64,000 bases of DNA from an uncultured Gemmatimonadaceae bacterium (GCA_963822945.1 CAWGJO010000014.1:14456-78455), one strand, 5' to 3'; positions 13,441 through 24,143 are shown, counted from the first letter of the stretch. Notes: generated from the letters alone by a model not told the origin. Numbers and translations are program-made.

Positions 13441-14556
13441 TCAGGCCAGAAGCTTCGCGGCCTCCACGTACGGCAGGCCGAAGGCCTCGGCCACAGCCTG
13501 ATACGTCACCTGCCCCTCGGCCACGTTCAGCCCCTTGAGCAGGGCCGGATTCTCCTTCAGCGCCCGCTTCCACCCCTTGTTCGCCAACTGGAGGGCATAC
13601 GGCAGCGTCGCGTTGGTGAGCGCCAGCGTGGACGTTCTGGGGACGCCTCCCGGCATGTTGGCCACGCCGTAATGGATCACGCCGTCCACCACATAGGTCG
13701 GATTCTCGTGCGTCGTGGCGTGGATCGTCTCCACGCACCCACCCTGATCGATCGCCACGTCCACGATCACCGAGCCGGGCTGCATCAGCTTGAGATCCTC
13801 GCGCCGCACCAGCTTCGGCGCCTTGGCCCCGGCAATGAGCACGCCGCCGATCACGAGATCCGCCGTCGCGATGGCCTCGAGAATGTTGTGGCGGTTGGAG
13901 TGGATGAGCTGCACGTTGGCCGGCATCACGTCGCTGAGGTAGCGCAGCCGCTCAAGCGACAGGTCCAGGATGATCACCTTGGCGCCCATGCCGGCGGCCA
14001 TCTTGGCGGCATTGGTGCCCACCACGCCGCCGCCCAGCACCACCACCTTGGCCGGGGCCACCCCCGGCACGCCACCCAGCAGCACCCCGCGGCCGCCGTA
14101 CAGCTTCTCCAGATACTTGGCGCCTTCCTGCACCGCCATGCGCCCCGCCACCTCCGACATCGGTGTCAGCAGGGGCAGGTCGCGATCGGGCAGTTCCACG
14201 GTCTCGTACGCCACGCACACGGCGCCGCTGTCGATATGGGCCTTGGTCAACCGTTCGTCGGCCGCGAAATGGAAGTACGTGAAGAGGAGCTGCCCGCGCC
14301 GCATGTGCTTCCACTCGGGCTCGATCGGCTCCTTCACCTTCATGATCATCTCACTGTCGCGCCACACGGTCGCCGCGTCGGGCGCGATCTTGGCGCCGAC
14401 CGCGGTATACATCGAATCGTCGAACCCGCTGCCGTCGCCGGCGCCGGTCTCGATGAGCACGGAATGCCCGGCGCTGATCAGCGCCTCGGCACCCGCCGGA
14501 ACGAGCGCGATGCGGTTCTCGTTCGTCTTGATTTCCTTCGGAACGCCAACTTTCAT
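13441..14556 (-). CDS. ald: Alanine dehydrogenase
   Basis: GVPKEIKTNENRIAL, MSEVAGR, GGGVVG, DVAIDQGGC, ANMPG. Confidence 0.96.
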   Translation of the reverse strand: MKVGVPKEIKTNENRIALVPAGAEALISAGHSVLIETGAGDGSGFDDSMYTAVGAKIAPDAATVWRDSEMIMKVKEPIEPEWKHMRRGQLLFTYFHFAADERLTKAHIDSGAVCVAYETVELPDRDLPLLTPMSEVAGRMAVQEGAKYLEKLYGGRGVLLGGVPGVAPAKVVVLGGGVVGTNAAKMAAGMGAKVIILDLSLERLRYLSDVMPANVQLIHSNRHNILEAIATADLVIGGVLIAGAKAPKLVRREDLKLMQPGSVIVDVAIDQGGCVETIHATTHENPTYVVDGVIHYGVANMPGGVPRTSTLALTNATLPYALQLANKGWKRALKENPALLKGLNVAEGQVTYQAVAEAFGLPYVEAAKLLA

Positions 14557-14710
14557 GGCTCGATTGGTTGCGAGTTGGAATGGCCGGCCGGGACGGCCCA
14601 GTTGCCGCCCGGCTAGGGACCGAAGGGAAACTTAAGGGCCGGTCGGACCGGACGCACAGGGGGACGCGGACCGGGGCAATCGGCCCCGCCTGCCCCCGGC
14701 GCCCGGACCC

Positions 14711-15980
14711 TCAGCTCGCCGAGCCCGGCCCGAGCGAGAGAATCGTCTGGGCTGCCGGCTCGAAGAAGGTCCGCGCAACGTCGCGCACCGCCTCCTCGTC
14801 CACGGCGTCCACGAGCGCCAGCAGCTCGTCCAGCGACCGGTACGGCTCCTCGTAGAGGGCCACCGAGGCAGCCCGGTACATGCGCGAGGCCGGGCTCTCC
14901 AGCGACAGCACGAGATTGCCCTTGAGCTGCTCCTTGCCCATCGCCAACTCGCTCGCGGGCAGCCCCTCGTCGGCCAGCCGCCGCAGTTCCACCCGGATGG
15001 CGTCGAGGGCCCGCGGGGCCGTGTCAGGGCCCGTCCCCACGTACACGCCATGCATCCCGGTGAGTTCGTGCAGCGTCTGGTAGGTGTACACGGCGTAGGC
15101 GAGACCGAGTTCCTCGCGCACCCGCTGGAAGAGTCGGGAGCTCATCCCGCCGCCCATGAGCATGCTCACCAGCACCAGCGCGTGGCGCCGCGGGTCGCCG
15201 TGCCGCACGGCGCGCGAACCGACCACCAGGTGCGTCTGGGCGCCGTCACGGTCCACGTGCCGGACCTCCGGCGCGACGTCGGGCACCGGAGCCACCGTGG
15301 GCTGCAGGTGCCCGCCCCGCGGCTGGGCCGCCCAGCCGGTGCGCGCCAGGACCTCCAGCAGCTCGTCGTGCTGCACGTTGCCGGCCACCGCCACCACGAT
15401 ATGCTCGGGGTGGTAGGCCCGCTCGTGGAGCGCGCGCAGCTCGGCCGTTCCCAACCGGGACACGGTCTCCCGCGTCCCGAGGATCGAGTACCCCAGAGGG
15501 TGATCGCCCCAGAGCGCCGCGTTGTGCAGCTCGAAGACGAGGTCGTCCGGGGTGTCCTCCACCATCGCGATCTCTTCCAGGATCACCCGGCGTTCGAGCG
15601 TCAGGTCGGCGTCGCGCAGCGCGGGGTGGAACACCATGTCCCCGATCACGTCGCGCCGCCAGTTCCAGGTGCGCATCCAGCACCCGTGCCTGGTACACCG
15701 TGTGCTCGCGGGACGTGTAGGCGTCGAGCCCACCGCCCACCGCCTCGAGCGCCAACGCGATCTCGGCCGCGCTGCGCCGCTCCGTGCCCTTGAACACCAT
15801 GTGCTCGAGCAGGTGGGACACCCCCATCTCCTCTGCGCGCTCGTGCACCGACGCTGACCGGATCCACGCCCCAAACGACACCGACCGCACTCCCGGCATC
15901 TGCTCCGAGAGTACGGTCAGCCCGTTCGGCAGGACGGTCCGGCGAAACGCGGTGTCGCCGCGCTGCGCCGGTGCGGTCAC
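14711..15980 (-). CDS. Cytoplasmic M16B zinc peptidase (one frameshift near 15655)
   Basis: HLLEHMVFKGT inverted zincin motif, AYTSREHT, then GGGMSSRLFQRVREELGLAY; directly follows pnp. Confidence 0.9.
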
Positions 15981-18199
15981 GACCGGCGCGACCGCTCGCC
16001 GCGGCGGCCGCCACCACGGCGTCCTCCGCGATCCCCACGATCCTCGTGGTCGCCCGAGGCCTCGGCGGCCCCATTGCCTTCCGCCGGCGGGGCGGCGTCT
16101 TCGGGCGTGCCTTCCGGCTTCGGCAGCAGCGCCTTCATGGACAGGCGGAGGCGGCCACGCTCATCGCGCTCGATGAGCTTGACCTTCACGCGGTCTCCCT
16201 TCTTGACCACGTCCTCGGTCCTCTCCGTACGGCCGTGGCGCATCTCGGAGATGTGCAGCAGCCCTTCGGTACCGGGCATGATCTCGATGAACGCGCCGAA
16301 CGCCGTGGTCGACTTGACCGGGCCCTCGTAGATCTCGCCGACGACCGGCTCGGCGGTGATCGCCTGCACCATCTGCCGGGCGCGCTCCATGGCCTCGCCG
16401 CCGACGGCGGCGATCGTGACCAGACCGGAGTCGTCCACGGTGAGTTCGGCGCCCGTCTCGTCCTGGATGCCGCGAATCGTCTTGCCCTTGGGACCGATCA
16501 GGTCGCCGATCTTCTCGGGGTTGATGGTCATCGTGACGATGCGCGGGGCGTACGGCGACAGGTCGGCGCGCGGGGTCTCGAGCGCCTTGTTCATCTCGCC
16601 GAGAATGTGCATCCGCCCTTCGCGGGCCTGGGCCAGGGCTTCCTTCATGATCTTGAGGTCGAGCCCCTGGATCTTGATGTCCATCTGGATGGACGTGATG
16701 CCCTGCGACGTGCCCGCCACCTTGAAGTCCATGTCACCGAGGTGGTCTTCGGTGCCCAGGATGTCGGTGAGGATCGCGTACTTCTTGCCTTCCTTGATGA
16801 GTCCCATTGCCACACCGGCCACGGCCGCGCCCATGGGAACGCCGGCGCCGAACAGGGCCAGCGAGCCGCCGCAGATCGACGCCATGGACGACGATCCGTT
16901 GGACTCCATGATGTCGGAGACGATGCGGATGGTATACGGGAACTCCTCGAACGGCGGCAGCATGGCCTGCAGCGCGCGCTCGGCCAGGTTGCCGTGGCCG
17001 ATCTCGCGCCGCGACGTGCCGCGCATCGGCCGCACCTCACCCGTCGAGAACGGCGGGAAGTTGTAGTGCAGCATGAACGACTTCGTCGACTCCTGGGGCT
17101 CGTCGATGCTGTCGAGCCGCTGGACGTCGTTGGCCGTTCCGAGCGTCACGCTGACGAGCGCCTGGGTCTGGCCGCGCGTGAACAGCGACGAGCCGTGGGC
17201 CCTGGGCAGGACGTCCATATCGATCGTGATCTGCCGGACTTCGGTCGCCTTGCGGCCGTCGACGCGCTGCTTGGTGTCGAGCACCTGCGAGCGGAGGCTC
17301 TCGTACTCAACGTCGCCGAGCACCGCCTTCACGTCGCCACCGTTGTCCGGGAATTCTTCCTTGAGCTGGTCGGCGACCTCGTCCTTCACCCGCTCCACGG
17401 CCTGCACGCGGGTGTGCTTGTCCTTCTGGTTGATCGCTTCGGCGATCTTCGGCTCGGCAAGCTCGCGCACGCGAGCTTCGAGCGCTTCGGGGCGCTCGGG
17501 CTTCTTCCACTCCATCTTGGCCGGGCGATCGATCTTGCCGAGCAGCTCCACCTGGGCGGCGATCAACTCCTTGATGCCGCCGTGCGCCACTTCGAGCGCC
17601 GAGACGACGTCATCCTCGGACACCTGCAGGGCACCGCCCTCGACCATCACGATCGAGTCGTCGGACCCGGCGACGACGAGGTCCATGTCGCTGTACTCGA
17701 GCTGCTGGAAGGTCGGGTTGAGCACCCAGTTGTCCTGCACTCGGCCCACGCGGACGCCGGCGATCGGTCCCATGAACGGGATGCGCGAGGCGTTGATGGC
17801 GAACGACGCGGCGACCAGCGCCAGCACGTCGGCGTCGTTCTCCTGATCGGCGGAGACGACGTAGATGAAGACCTGGACTTCGTTCTTGAAGCCTTCCGGA
17901 AACAGAGGGCGGATCGAGCGGTCGATGACGCGCGCCGCGAGGATCTCATGATCGTGCGGGCGTCCTTCGCGCTTGATGAAGCCGCCCGGGATCTTGCCGG
18001 CGGCGTAGGTCTTCTCGCGATACTCGACGAGCAGGGGGAAAAATGGGAGCGTCGATTCCTTGTCGCTCACGGTGCAGGCCGCGATCACCATCGTGTCGCC
18101 GAACTGCACGACGGCCGAGCCGGCCGCCTGCTTCGCCATACGGCCCGTCTCGATGACGAGCTTCCGACCGGCGAAGGTCTTCTCGATGCGTTGCATCAT
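15977..18199 (-). CDS. pnp: Polyribonucleotide nucleotidyltransferase
   Basis: IPGGFIKREG, FTRGQTQ, RREIGHG, ESNGSSSMAS, GDMDFKVAG, plus KH and S1 domains. Confidence 0.98.
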   Translation of the reverse strand: MMQRIEKTFAGRKLVIETGRMAKQAAGSAVVQFGDTMVIAACTVSDKESTLPFFPLLVEYREKTYAAGKIPGGFIKREGRPHDHEILAARVIDRSIRPLFPEGFKNEVQVFIYVVSADQENDADVLALVAASFAINASRIPFMGPIAGVRVGRVQDNWVLNPTFQQLEYSDMDLVVAGSDDSIVMVEGGALQVSEDDVVSALEVAHGGIKELIAAQVELLGKIDRPAKMEWKKPERPEALEARVRELAEPKIAEAINQKDKHTRVQAVERVKDEVADQLKEEFPDNGGDVKAVLGDVEYESLRSQVLDTKQRVDGRKATEVRQITIDMDVLPRAHGSSLFTRGQTQALVSVTLGTANDVQRLDSIDEPQESTKSFMLHYNFPPFSTGEVRPMRGTSRREIGHGNLAERALQAMLPPFEEFPYTIRIVSDIMESNGSSSMASICGGSLALFGAGVPMGAAVAGVAMGLIKEGKKYAILTDILGTEDHLGDMDFKVAGTSQGITSIQMDIKIQGLDLKIMKEALAQAREGRMHILGEMNKALETPRADLSPYAPRIVTMTINPEKIGDLIGPKGKTIRGIQDETGAELTVDDSGLVTIAAVGGEAMERARQMVQAITAEPVVGEIYEGPVKSTTAFGAFIEIMPGTEGLLHISEMRHGRTERTEDVVKKGDRVKVKLIERDERGRLRLSMKALLPKPEGTPEDAAPPAEGNGAAEASGDHEDRGDRGGRRGGGRRGERSRRS

Positions 18200-18222
18200 T
18201 GCGTTGTAGCCTCGTGGAATAC

Positions 18223-18262
18223 AAAAAGCGCGCGGGCCACTGTGGTGTGGCTCCCCGCGCGC
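18223..18262 (-). terminator. Hairpin plus U-tract between rpsO and pnp
   Basis: Minus strand GCGCGCGGGGAGCCAC-ACCACA-GTGGCCCGCGCGC-TTTTT. Confidence 0.75.
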
Positions 18263-18280
18263 GTGCTCATCACGTGCACT

Positions 18281-18541
18281 CTAGTACCGAAGACCGAGGT
18301 CCTGCACGAGCTGGCGATAGCTCTCGACATCCGTGCGCCGCAGATAGCTCATGAGCCGCTTCCGCTGGCCGACCATCTTCAGCAGGCCGCGCCGGCTGTG
18401 ATGGTCCTTCTTGTGCGTGCGGAAGTGCTCGGTCAGGTAGTTGATGCGCTCGGTGAGCACGGCAACCTGGAGCTTCGTCGAGCCGGTGTCGGTCTCGTGG
18501 GCCTTGTACTTCGCGATCTCGGGTGACTTCTGAAATGGCAT
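18281..18541 (-). CDS. rpsO: 30S ribosomal protein S15
   Basis: [34 protein letters not shown]. Confidence 0.98.
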   Translation of the reverse strand: MPFQKSPEIAKYKAHETDTGSTKLQVAVLTERINYLTEHFRTHKKDHHSRRGLLKMVGQRKRLMSYLRRTDVESYRQLVQDLGLRY

Positions 18542-18603
18542 GACGTGATGATCCCCGCCCCAGTGGCGGTATGTTGATTAAACCGAATCAGTTGCAGCAG
18601 ATG

Positions 18604-18632
18604 AAGTTAACGGAGTACGTATTCCGTGTAAA
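18604..18632 (-). promoter_or_regulatory. Sigma70-type promoter of rpsO-pnp
   Basis: TTTACA-N17-TAACTT in an AT-rich patch. Confidence 0.7.
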
Positions 18633-18676
18633 GGGAGGGTGGCGACGTTCGCAGCCCCGCGTCCCCACCGGCGACC

Positions 18677-20087
18677 CTAGGAGAAGAAGTGCCCCAACCA
18701 GGCCCTCGTGTCGTTGAACATCACGAGCGCGAACAGCAGGGCGATGACCACGAGCCCGAAGCGGAGGATGTTCTCCCGGGTCCGGGCGCTGAACGGGCTC
18801 CCCTTGGCCGTCTCGATCACGTTGACCACGATCTGGCCGCCGTCCAGGATCGGGATCGGCAGCAGGTTCAGCACGGCCACGTTGATGCTCAGGAGGGCGA
18901 TGAGGTAGAACAGCGACGCCGATCCCGTTGCGCGCGGCCTGCACCGATGCCCGGGTGATGGCGATACGGCCTGCCCAACTCCTTCACGGAGACCTTCCGG
19001 GTGATCAGGTCGTGCACAATGCCGATGACCGCGCCCCCCATGACCCACGTCGCCCTCGTTCCGTTCGCCACGGCCTGCGCGAACCCCACCGGCATACGGC
19101 GCACGTCCTGCCGCTGCGCAACCCCGATCCGCCCCAGCGTGTCCACCACATTGGTCACCGGATCGGGTACCGGCGTCGGCCGGGGCGTCACCCGAAGGTC
19201 CATCACCTTGCCCTGCCGCCAGACCGTGAACACCAGCGTGGACCCCGCAGCGGGGCTCACCTGCGCCACGAGGTCCGCGAAGCCCGGCGTCGCCACCCCG
19301 TTGATCGCCGCGATGCTGTCTCCCTTCTGGAGCCCGGCCGCCGCGGCCGCACCGCCCGGCAGCACGGAATCCACCACCGGCGGCACCCAGTAATCCACCG
19401 CGCGGGCCACCGCCAGCGGGGTCAGTGAGTCGTTCAGCGGGACGACGACGTCCCCGTGCTGCGTGCCGAAGGTGACGTCGGCGCGGCTCAGCGCCACCGC
19501 ATTCAGGATCTCCGACCAGTCGCCGACGCTGTCGCCGTTGACCCGGAAGATCGTGTCGCCCGGCTGCAGCGCCGCGCAACGCGCCGCCGCCCGGGGGCAC
19601 GTTGACGGCACCCACCACGCGCGTCGGCACGACGGTGCGTCCGAAGTGGTACGAGAGGCCGATCGGCCACCACCAGCGCCAGCAGGGCGTTCATCGTGAC
19701 GCCGGCAAACAGGATGAGCAATCGGGCCGGCAGGGACTTCGACTCGAACCACCGGTGCTCGGGCACCGGACGCGGTCCGAAGGGCACCATGGCCTCCGGA
19801 TCGTAGCCCGGGTCGCCCTCCTTCAGCCCGCCCTGCTCCTCGCTCCCCCCTTCGAGGAACGCCGAGGTCTCGTCGTGGCGCGAGGCCATGCGGACGTACC
19901 CGCCGAGCGGGAGTAGCGCCAGGACGTATTCCGTCTCGCCGCGCCGCTTCTTCCAGAGCGCCGGCCCGAAGCCGATGGAGAATCGCGGAGCATAGACGCC
20001 CATTGCCTTGGCGGCCACGAAATGGCCGAACTCGTGCACGAAGATCACGAGCCCGAATACGAGAACAGGAGCGAGAAGAGCTAGCAT
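18677..20087 (-). CDS. rseP: RIP metalloprotease RseP (about four frameshifts near 19665, 19575, 18970, 18920)
   Basis: HEFGH, PLGGYVRM, AGVTMN, two PDZ-like segments and NLLPIPILDGG, spread over three frames; follows dxr. Confidence 0.92.
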
Positions 20088-21214
20088 CCGAATCGGTCTC
20101 TCACGTGGCGCCGCGCGGCGGCATCTGCCGCCTCGAGCGCCGAGCGGGTGTCCCCCGGCATCGCACCCAATGCCTCGAGCGCGCCGGTAATGCCCACCGC
20201 GATGTCGGTGAACCCGATCCGCCCTTCCAGAAATATGGCGACGGCCTGCTCGTTGGCGGCATTGAAGATGGCCGGCGCCGCCCCACCAGCGCGCCCGGCT
20301 TCCATGCCGAGCCGCAGCGCGGGGAAGGCGTCGAGCCGGACCGGCTCGAACGTGAGCGGCGAGGCACTCACCGGATCGAAGGCCGGCACACCGGCGTCCG
20401 GCGTCCGGTCCGGATGGGTCAGCGCGTAGAGGATGGGCAGTTCCATGCTCGGCACCCCCATCTGGGCCAGCACGCTGCCGTCCACGAACTCGACCAGCGA
20501 ATGCACGATGCTCTGCGGGTGGACGACGACCTCGATCCGGTCGTACGGCAGTCCGAACAGGTAGTGCGCCTCGATCACCTCGAGCGCCTTGTTGGCCAGC
20601 GTGGCGCTGTCCACGGTGATCTTCCGCCCCATGCGCCAGGTCGGATGCTTCAGGGCGTCGGCCAGCGTGGCCGTCTGCAGCCGTTCCCGCGACCATTCGC
20701 GGAACGGCCCGCCGGACGCCGTCAGAATGATCCGCCGCACCTCGACGTCCGGACGCCCCGCGATGCACTGCAGCACCGCGCTGTGCTCGCTGTCCACCGG
20801 TACCACCCGTCCGCCCCCCCGGCGTTCGGCGGCGGCCACGAGATGCCCGCCCATCACGAGCGTCTCTTTATTGGCCAGCGCCACGCGCTTGCCGCGCTCC
20901 AGCGCGGCCAGCGTGGCGTCGAGCCCCACGGACCCGACCACGGCGTTGAGCACGATGTCCACATCGTCTCGCACGGCGGCCTGCGTCAGGCATTCGGGGC
21001 CCATACACCAGTCGCGTTCGGCCGCCTCCCCCGGCTGCACCAGGCCCACGAAGCCCGGTTCCCCGCCCGCGGCCTGCTGGGCCAGCAGGGCGGCGTTGGA
21101 ATGCGCGGTCAGCGCCGCCAGCCGGAAGCGGTCCGGATGCCGCGCCAACACGCGCAGGGCCGTCGTTCCGATGGAGCCGGTGGATCCCAGAATGGCCACC
21201 CCGCGACGCGTCAT
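20081..21214 (-). CDS. dxr: 1-deoxy-D-xylulose-5-phosphate reductoisomerase
   Basis: LGSTGSIG, LANKETLV, PVDSEHSA, TASGGPFR, NAANE. Confidence 0.97.
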   Translation of the reverse strand: MTRRGVAILGSTGSIGTTALRVLARHPDRFRLAALTAHSNAALLAQQAAGGEPGFVGLVQPGEAAERDWCMGPECLTQAAVRDDVDIVLNAVVGSVGLDATLAALERGKRVALANKETLVMGGHLVAAAERRGGGRVVPVDSEHSAVLQCIAGRPDVEVRRIILTASGGPFREWSRERLQTATLADALKHPTWRMGRKITVDSATLANKALEVIEAHYLFGLPYDRIEVVVHPQSIVHSLVEFVDGSVLAQMGVPSMELPILYALTHPDRTPDAGVPAFDPVSASPLTFEPVRLDAFPALRLGMEAGRAGGAAPAIFNAANEQAVAIFLEGRIGFTDIAVGITGALEALGAMPGDTRSALEAADAAARRHVRDRFGC

Positions 21215-22104
21215 GCGGGGGCGGGAACGAGCAGGAGACCGAGCAGGAGATAGGCGACGGGCAGCACGAAGAGCAGGCTGTCCAGCCGGTCCAGGACGCC
21301 GCCGTGTCCGGGAATCAGTTGCGAGCTGTCCTTGACGCCGGCCTCGCGTTTGAGGAGCGACTCGAAGAGGTCGCCGGCCTGGGCGGCGATGCTGATCGCC
21401 AGGCCGAACACCACGATCCCCAACGGCGTCAACCCCAGCTGCGCCACCGGGCGCAGCGCATAGTGGACGTACAGATAGGTCGCGGCCACGCAGACCGCGA
21501 CGCCCCCCACCCCGCCGGCCACGGTCTTTCCCGGGCTGATGGCCGGCATCAGCTTCCGCCGCCCGAACAGGCGGCCGAACGTGTAGGCGCCGATGTCGGT
21601 GAGCCAGGTGAGGATGACCGGCAGCCCGACCAGCGCCCCCCCGGCCGAGAGGGACAGATGCAGGCCGCCCACCGCCACCTGCCGGCCACCGAGCGCGTAC
21701 TCGTGGTAGCGGAGCATGTAGGCGAAGGAGAGCGTCGCCCCGGTGTAGATCACGCCCAGGAACGTGACGCCCAGCGACGCCATGGGCTGCCCCTGCGACC
21801 CGCGCATCCAGAGCGTGAGCGTGCAGACGATGAGGACGATCACGAGCACGTCCACCGGCCGCACGACGTAGAGGCCGAGGTATCGCGCGTGCACGGCAAG
21901 GGGCGTGAGGCCGGCGAGCCCGATGCCGATGTCGTCCAGCGGCTGGTTGCCCGCGCTGCGCGCCAGGCGGAAGAACTCCCAGGCGCCCAGCGCGGAGGCC
22001 ACAGCGAGGAGGGCCGCCAGGGGCGCGCCCCCGACCACGAGAATGGCCAGCACCACGGGCGCGGCGACCACGGCGAACAGCACGCGGCGCATCAATTCGC
22101 TCAT
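21211..22104 (-). CDS. cdsA: Phosphatidate cytidylyltransferase
   Basis: DIGAY..G, ISPGKT, GDLFESLLKREAGVKDS, PGHGGVLDRLDS. Confidence 0.95.
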   Translation of the reverse strand: MSELMRRVLFAVVAAPVVLAILVVGGAPLAALLAVASALGAWEFFRLARSAGNQPLDDIGIGLAGLTPLAVHARYLGLYVVRPVDVLVIVLIVCTLTLWMRGSQGQPMASLGVTFLGVIYTGATLSFAYMLRYHEYALGGRQVAVGGLHLSLSAGGALVGLPVILTWLTDIGAYTFGRLFGRRKLMPAISPGKTVAGGVGGVAVCVAATYLYVHYALRPVAQLGLTPLGIVVFGLAISIAAQAGDLFESLLKREAGVKDSSQLIPGHGGVLDRLDSLLFVLPVAYLLLGLLLVPAPA

Positions 22105-22856
22105 CGGACCGTCACTCGACCGAACCGGCGGTCGCGATTCTGGAAGGCGAGAATGGCGTCATAGAACTGGGCGCGGCGAAAATCCGGCCAGAGCAAGGGA
22201 GACACGTAGAGTTCGGTGTACGCCAGCTGCCACAGCATGAAGTTGGAGATGCGGAGTTCGCCCGACGTCCGGATGAGCAGATCCGGATCGGGCATACCCG
22301 CCGTGTAGAGGCGCGATTCGAACGCGGCCTCGTCGACGTCCGCGGGCGCGAGGCGCCCCGCGGCGACGTCCTCGGCCAGGGACCGGGCGGCCCGCACCAA
22401 CTCGGCGCGCGCCCCGTAGGAGATGAACAGGTTGAGATCGAGCCGTGTGTTGTGCGCCGTCTGGGTGGTGACCCGCGCGACGGCGGCGGCGGCCGGCGGG
22501 GTGAGGCGTTCGATTTCCCCGAAGACGCGCACGCGAACCCCGTTGGTGTTCAGCGCGTCGGCCTCGCGCTGGATGTACTCTTCCAGCAGCGACATGAGCG
22601 CCGAGACTTCGAGCTTCGGCCGCTGCCAGTTCTCCTTCGAGAAGGCGAACAGCGACAGGCACTCGATCCCCACCTCGATGGCGCCTTCGACCACGTCGCG
22701 CACCGACTGCATGCCGGCGCGGTGCCCGTACGTGCGCGGCATGACCCGCCCGCGCGCCCACCGCCCGTTGCCGTCCATGATGATGGCCACATGCCGCGGG
22801 ATCCGCCCGTGGAGGCGGATTTGACCGAGCAGGTCGGCGGGTGTTGCGTCGGGCAC
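22101..22856 (-). CDS. uppS: Undecaprenyl diphosphate synthase
   Basis: HVAIIMDGNGRWA, FSKENWQRP, DLLIRTSGELRISNFMLWQ; GTG start at 22856. Confidence 0.96.
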   Translation of the reverse strand: MPDATPADLLGQIRLHGRIPRHVAIIMDGNGRWARGRVMPRTYGHRAGMQSVRDVVEGAIEVGIECLSLFAFSKENWQRPKLEVSALMSLLEEYIQREADALNTNGVRVRVFGEIERLTPPAAAAVARVTTQTAHNTRLDLNLFISYGARAELVRAARSLAEDVAAGRLAPADVDEAAFESRLYTAGMPDPDLLIRTSGELRISNFMLWQLAYTELYVSPLLWPDFRRAQFYDAILAFQNRDRRFGRVTVR

Positions 22857-22873
22857 AGCGCGCGATTCCCGGA

Positions 22874-23428
22874 TCAGACTTCCATGATCTCGGCTTCCTT
22901 CGCCTTGATCAACTCGTCGACGGTGTGGATGTAGTCGTCGTGGAGTTTCTGGACGTCCTTCTCGGCATGTTTGACGTCGTCTTCCGAGACGCCTTGCAGC
23001 TTCTTGAAGCCTTCGCGGGCGTGGGTGCGGGCGTGGCGGATCCCGATCCGCCCTTCCTCGGCCAGCTTGTGCACCACCTTGACGAGTTCGCGGCGGCGCT
23101 CCTCGTTCATCTGCGGGAGCGGCACGCGGATGAAGGTGCCCTGGTTGGACGGCTCGAGGCCGAGCCCGGCGTCGCGGATGGCCTTCTCCACCACCTTGCT
23201 CTGGTTCTTGTCGAACGGCGTGACGATGAGCAGCCGCGGCTCCGGCGACGACACGGTGGCCACCTGGTTCATCGCCATCGGCGTGCCGTACATCTCCACG
23301 CGCACCGAGTCGAGCATGGTGGGGGACGCCTTGCCGGACCGGATGTTGGCGAACTCCCGCTTCGCGTTGTCGAGCGCCTTGTCCATGGCGCTCCGGCAGT
23401 CTTTCAGGATGTCCTGGATTGTGCTCAT
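22874..23428 (-). CDS. frr: Ribosome recycling factor
   Basis: IRSGKASP, PQMNEERRRELVK, KEAEIMEV. Confidence 0.97.
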   Translation of the reverse strand: MSTIQDILKDCRSAMDKALDNAKREFANIRSGKASPTMLDSVRVEMYGTPMAMNQVATVSSPEPRLLIVTPFDKNQSKVVEKAIRDAGLGLEPSNQGTFIRVPLPQMNEERRRELVKVVHKLAEEGRIGIRHARTHAREGFKKLQGVSEDDVKHAEKDVQKLHDDYIHTVDELIKAKEAEIMEV

Positions 23429-24138
23429 TGAACGAGTGTCCCCTCGCGCTCCCCGCGCACGGCACGCGCGATTGCGCCGGGTCGATGAATGTTGAGAACG
23501 ATCAACGGCAAAGCGTTCTCCTTGCAGAGGGTCACTGCCGTTTGATCCATGACCTTCAGCTCCTCGATCATCACGTCGCGGTAGCTGATCTCCTCGTACA
23601 GCTTGGCGGCCGGGTCCCGCCGCGGATCGGCCGAATACACGCCGTCCACGCTGGTCGCCTTGATGATGAGATCGGCCTTGATCTGGATGGCGCGCAATAC
23701 CGCGGCCGTGTCGGTCGAAAAATACGGGTTGCCCGTACCGGCGGCAAAGATCACGCTGCGCCCCTTCTCGAAATGGCGCAGCGCGCGCCGCCGGATGTAG
23801 GGTTCGGCCAACTCCTCCATCCGGATCGCCGTCATCACGCGCGTATCGATGTCCTTGCGTTCGAGCACGTCCTGCACGGCGAGGGCGTTGATCACCGTGC
23901 CGAGCATGCCCATGTAGTCGGCCGTGACGCGGTCGAGGCCCATCTTCGAGAGGATGGTGCCGCGCACGATGTTCCCGCCGCCGATCACCATGCCCACGGT
24001 GGCGCCCATGCGGATGACCGCCACGATCTCGTCAGCCAGGCGATCGATCGTTTCGAAGTCGAAGCCGAACCCCACCTTCCCGGCCAGCGCCTCGCCGGAC
24101 AGCTTGATGAGTACGCGTGGATAGCGGAGTTCGGCCAT
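23425..24138 (-). CDS. pyrH: Uridylate kinase
   Basis: KLSGEAL, GGGNIVRG, DYMGMLGT, GNPYFSTDTAA; alternative GTG start at 24147. Confidence 0.97.
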   Translation of the reverse strand: MAELRYPRVLIKLSGEALAGKVGFGFDFETIDRLADEIVAVIRMGATVGMVIGGGNIVRGTILSKMGLDRVTADYMGMLGTVINALAVQDVLERKDIDTRVMTAIRMEELAEPYIRRRALRHFEKGRSVIFAAGTGNPYFSTDTAAVLRAIQIKADLIIKATSVDGVYSADPRRDPAAKLYEEISYRDVMIEELKVMDQTAVTLCKENALPLIVLNIHRPGAIARAVRGEREGTLVQ

Positions 24139-24143
24139 GACGG

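Noticed and set aside
15971..18526. Long antisense and alternate-frame ORFs (851 aa over pnp; also 11107-13329, 28450-30597, 61141-63069 and many Arg/Gly/Pro-rich ORFs)
   Set aside because: Expected stop-poor shadows in high-GC coding DNA; no motifs, and they overlap confidently identified genes.
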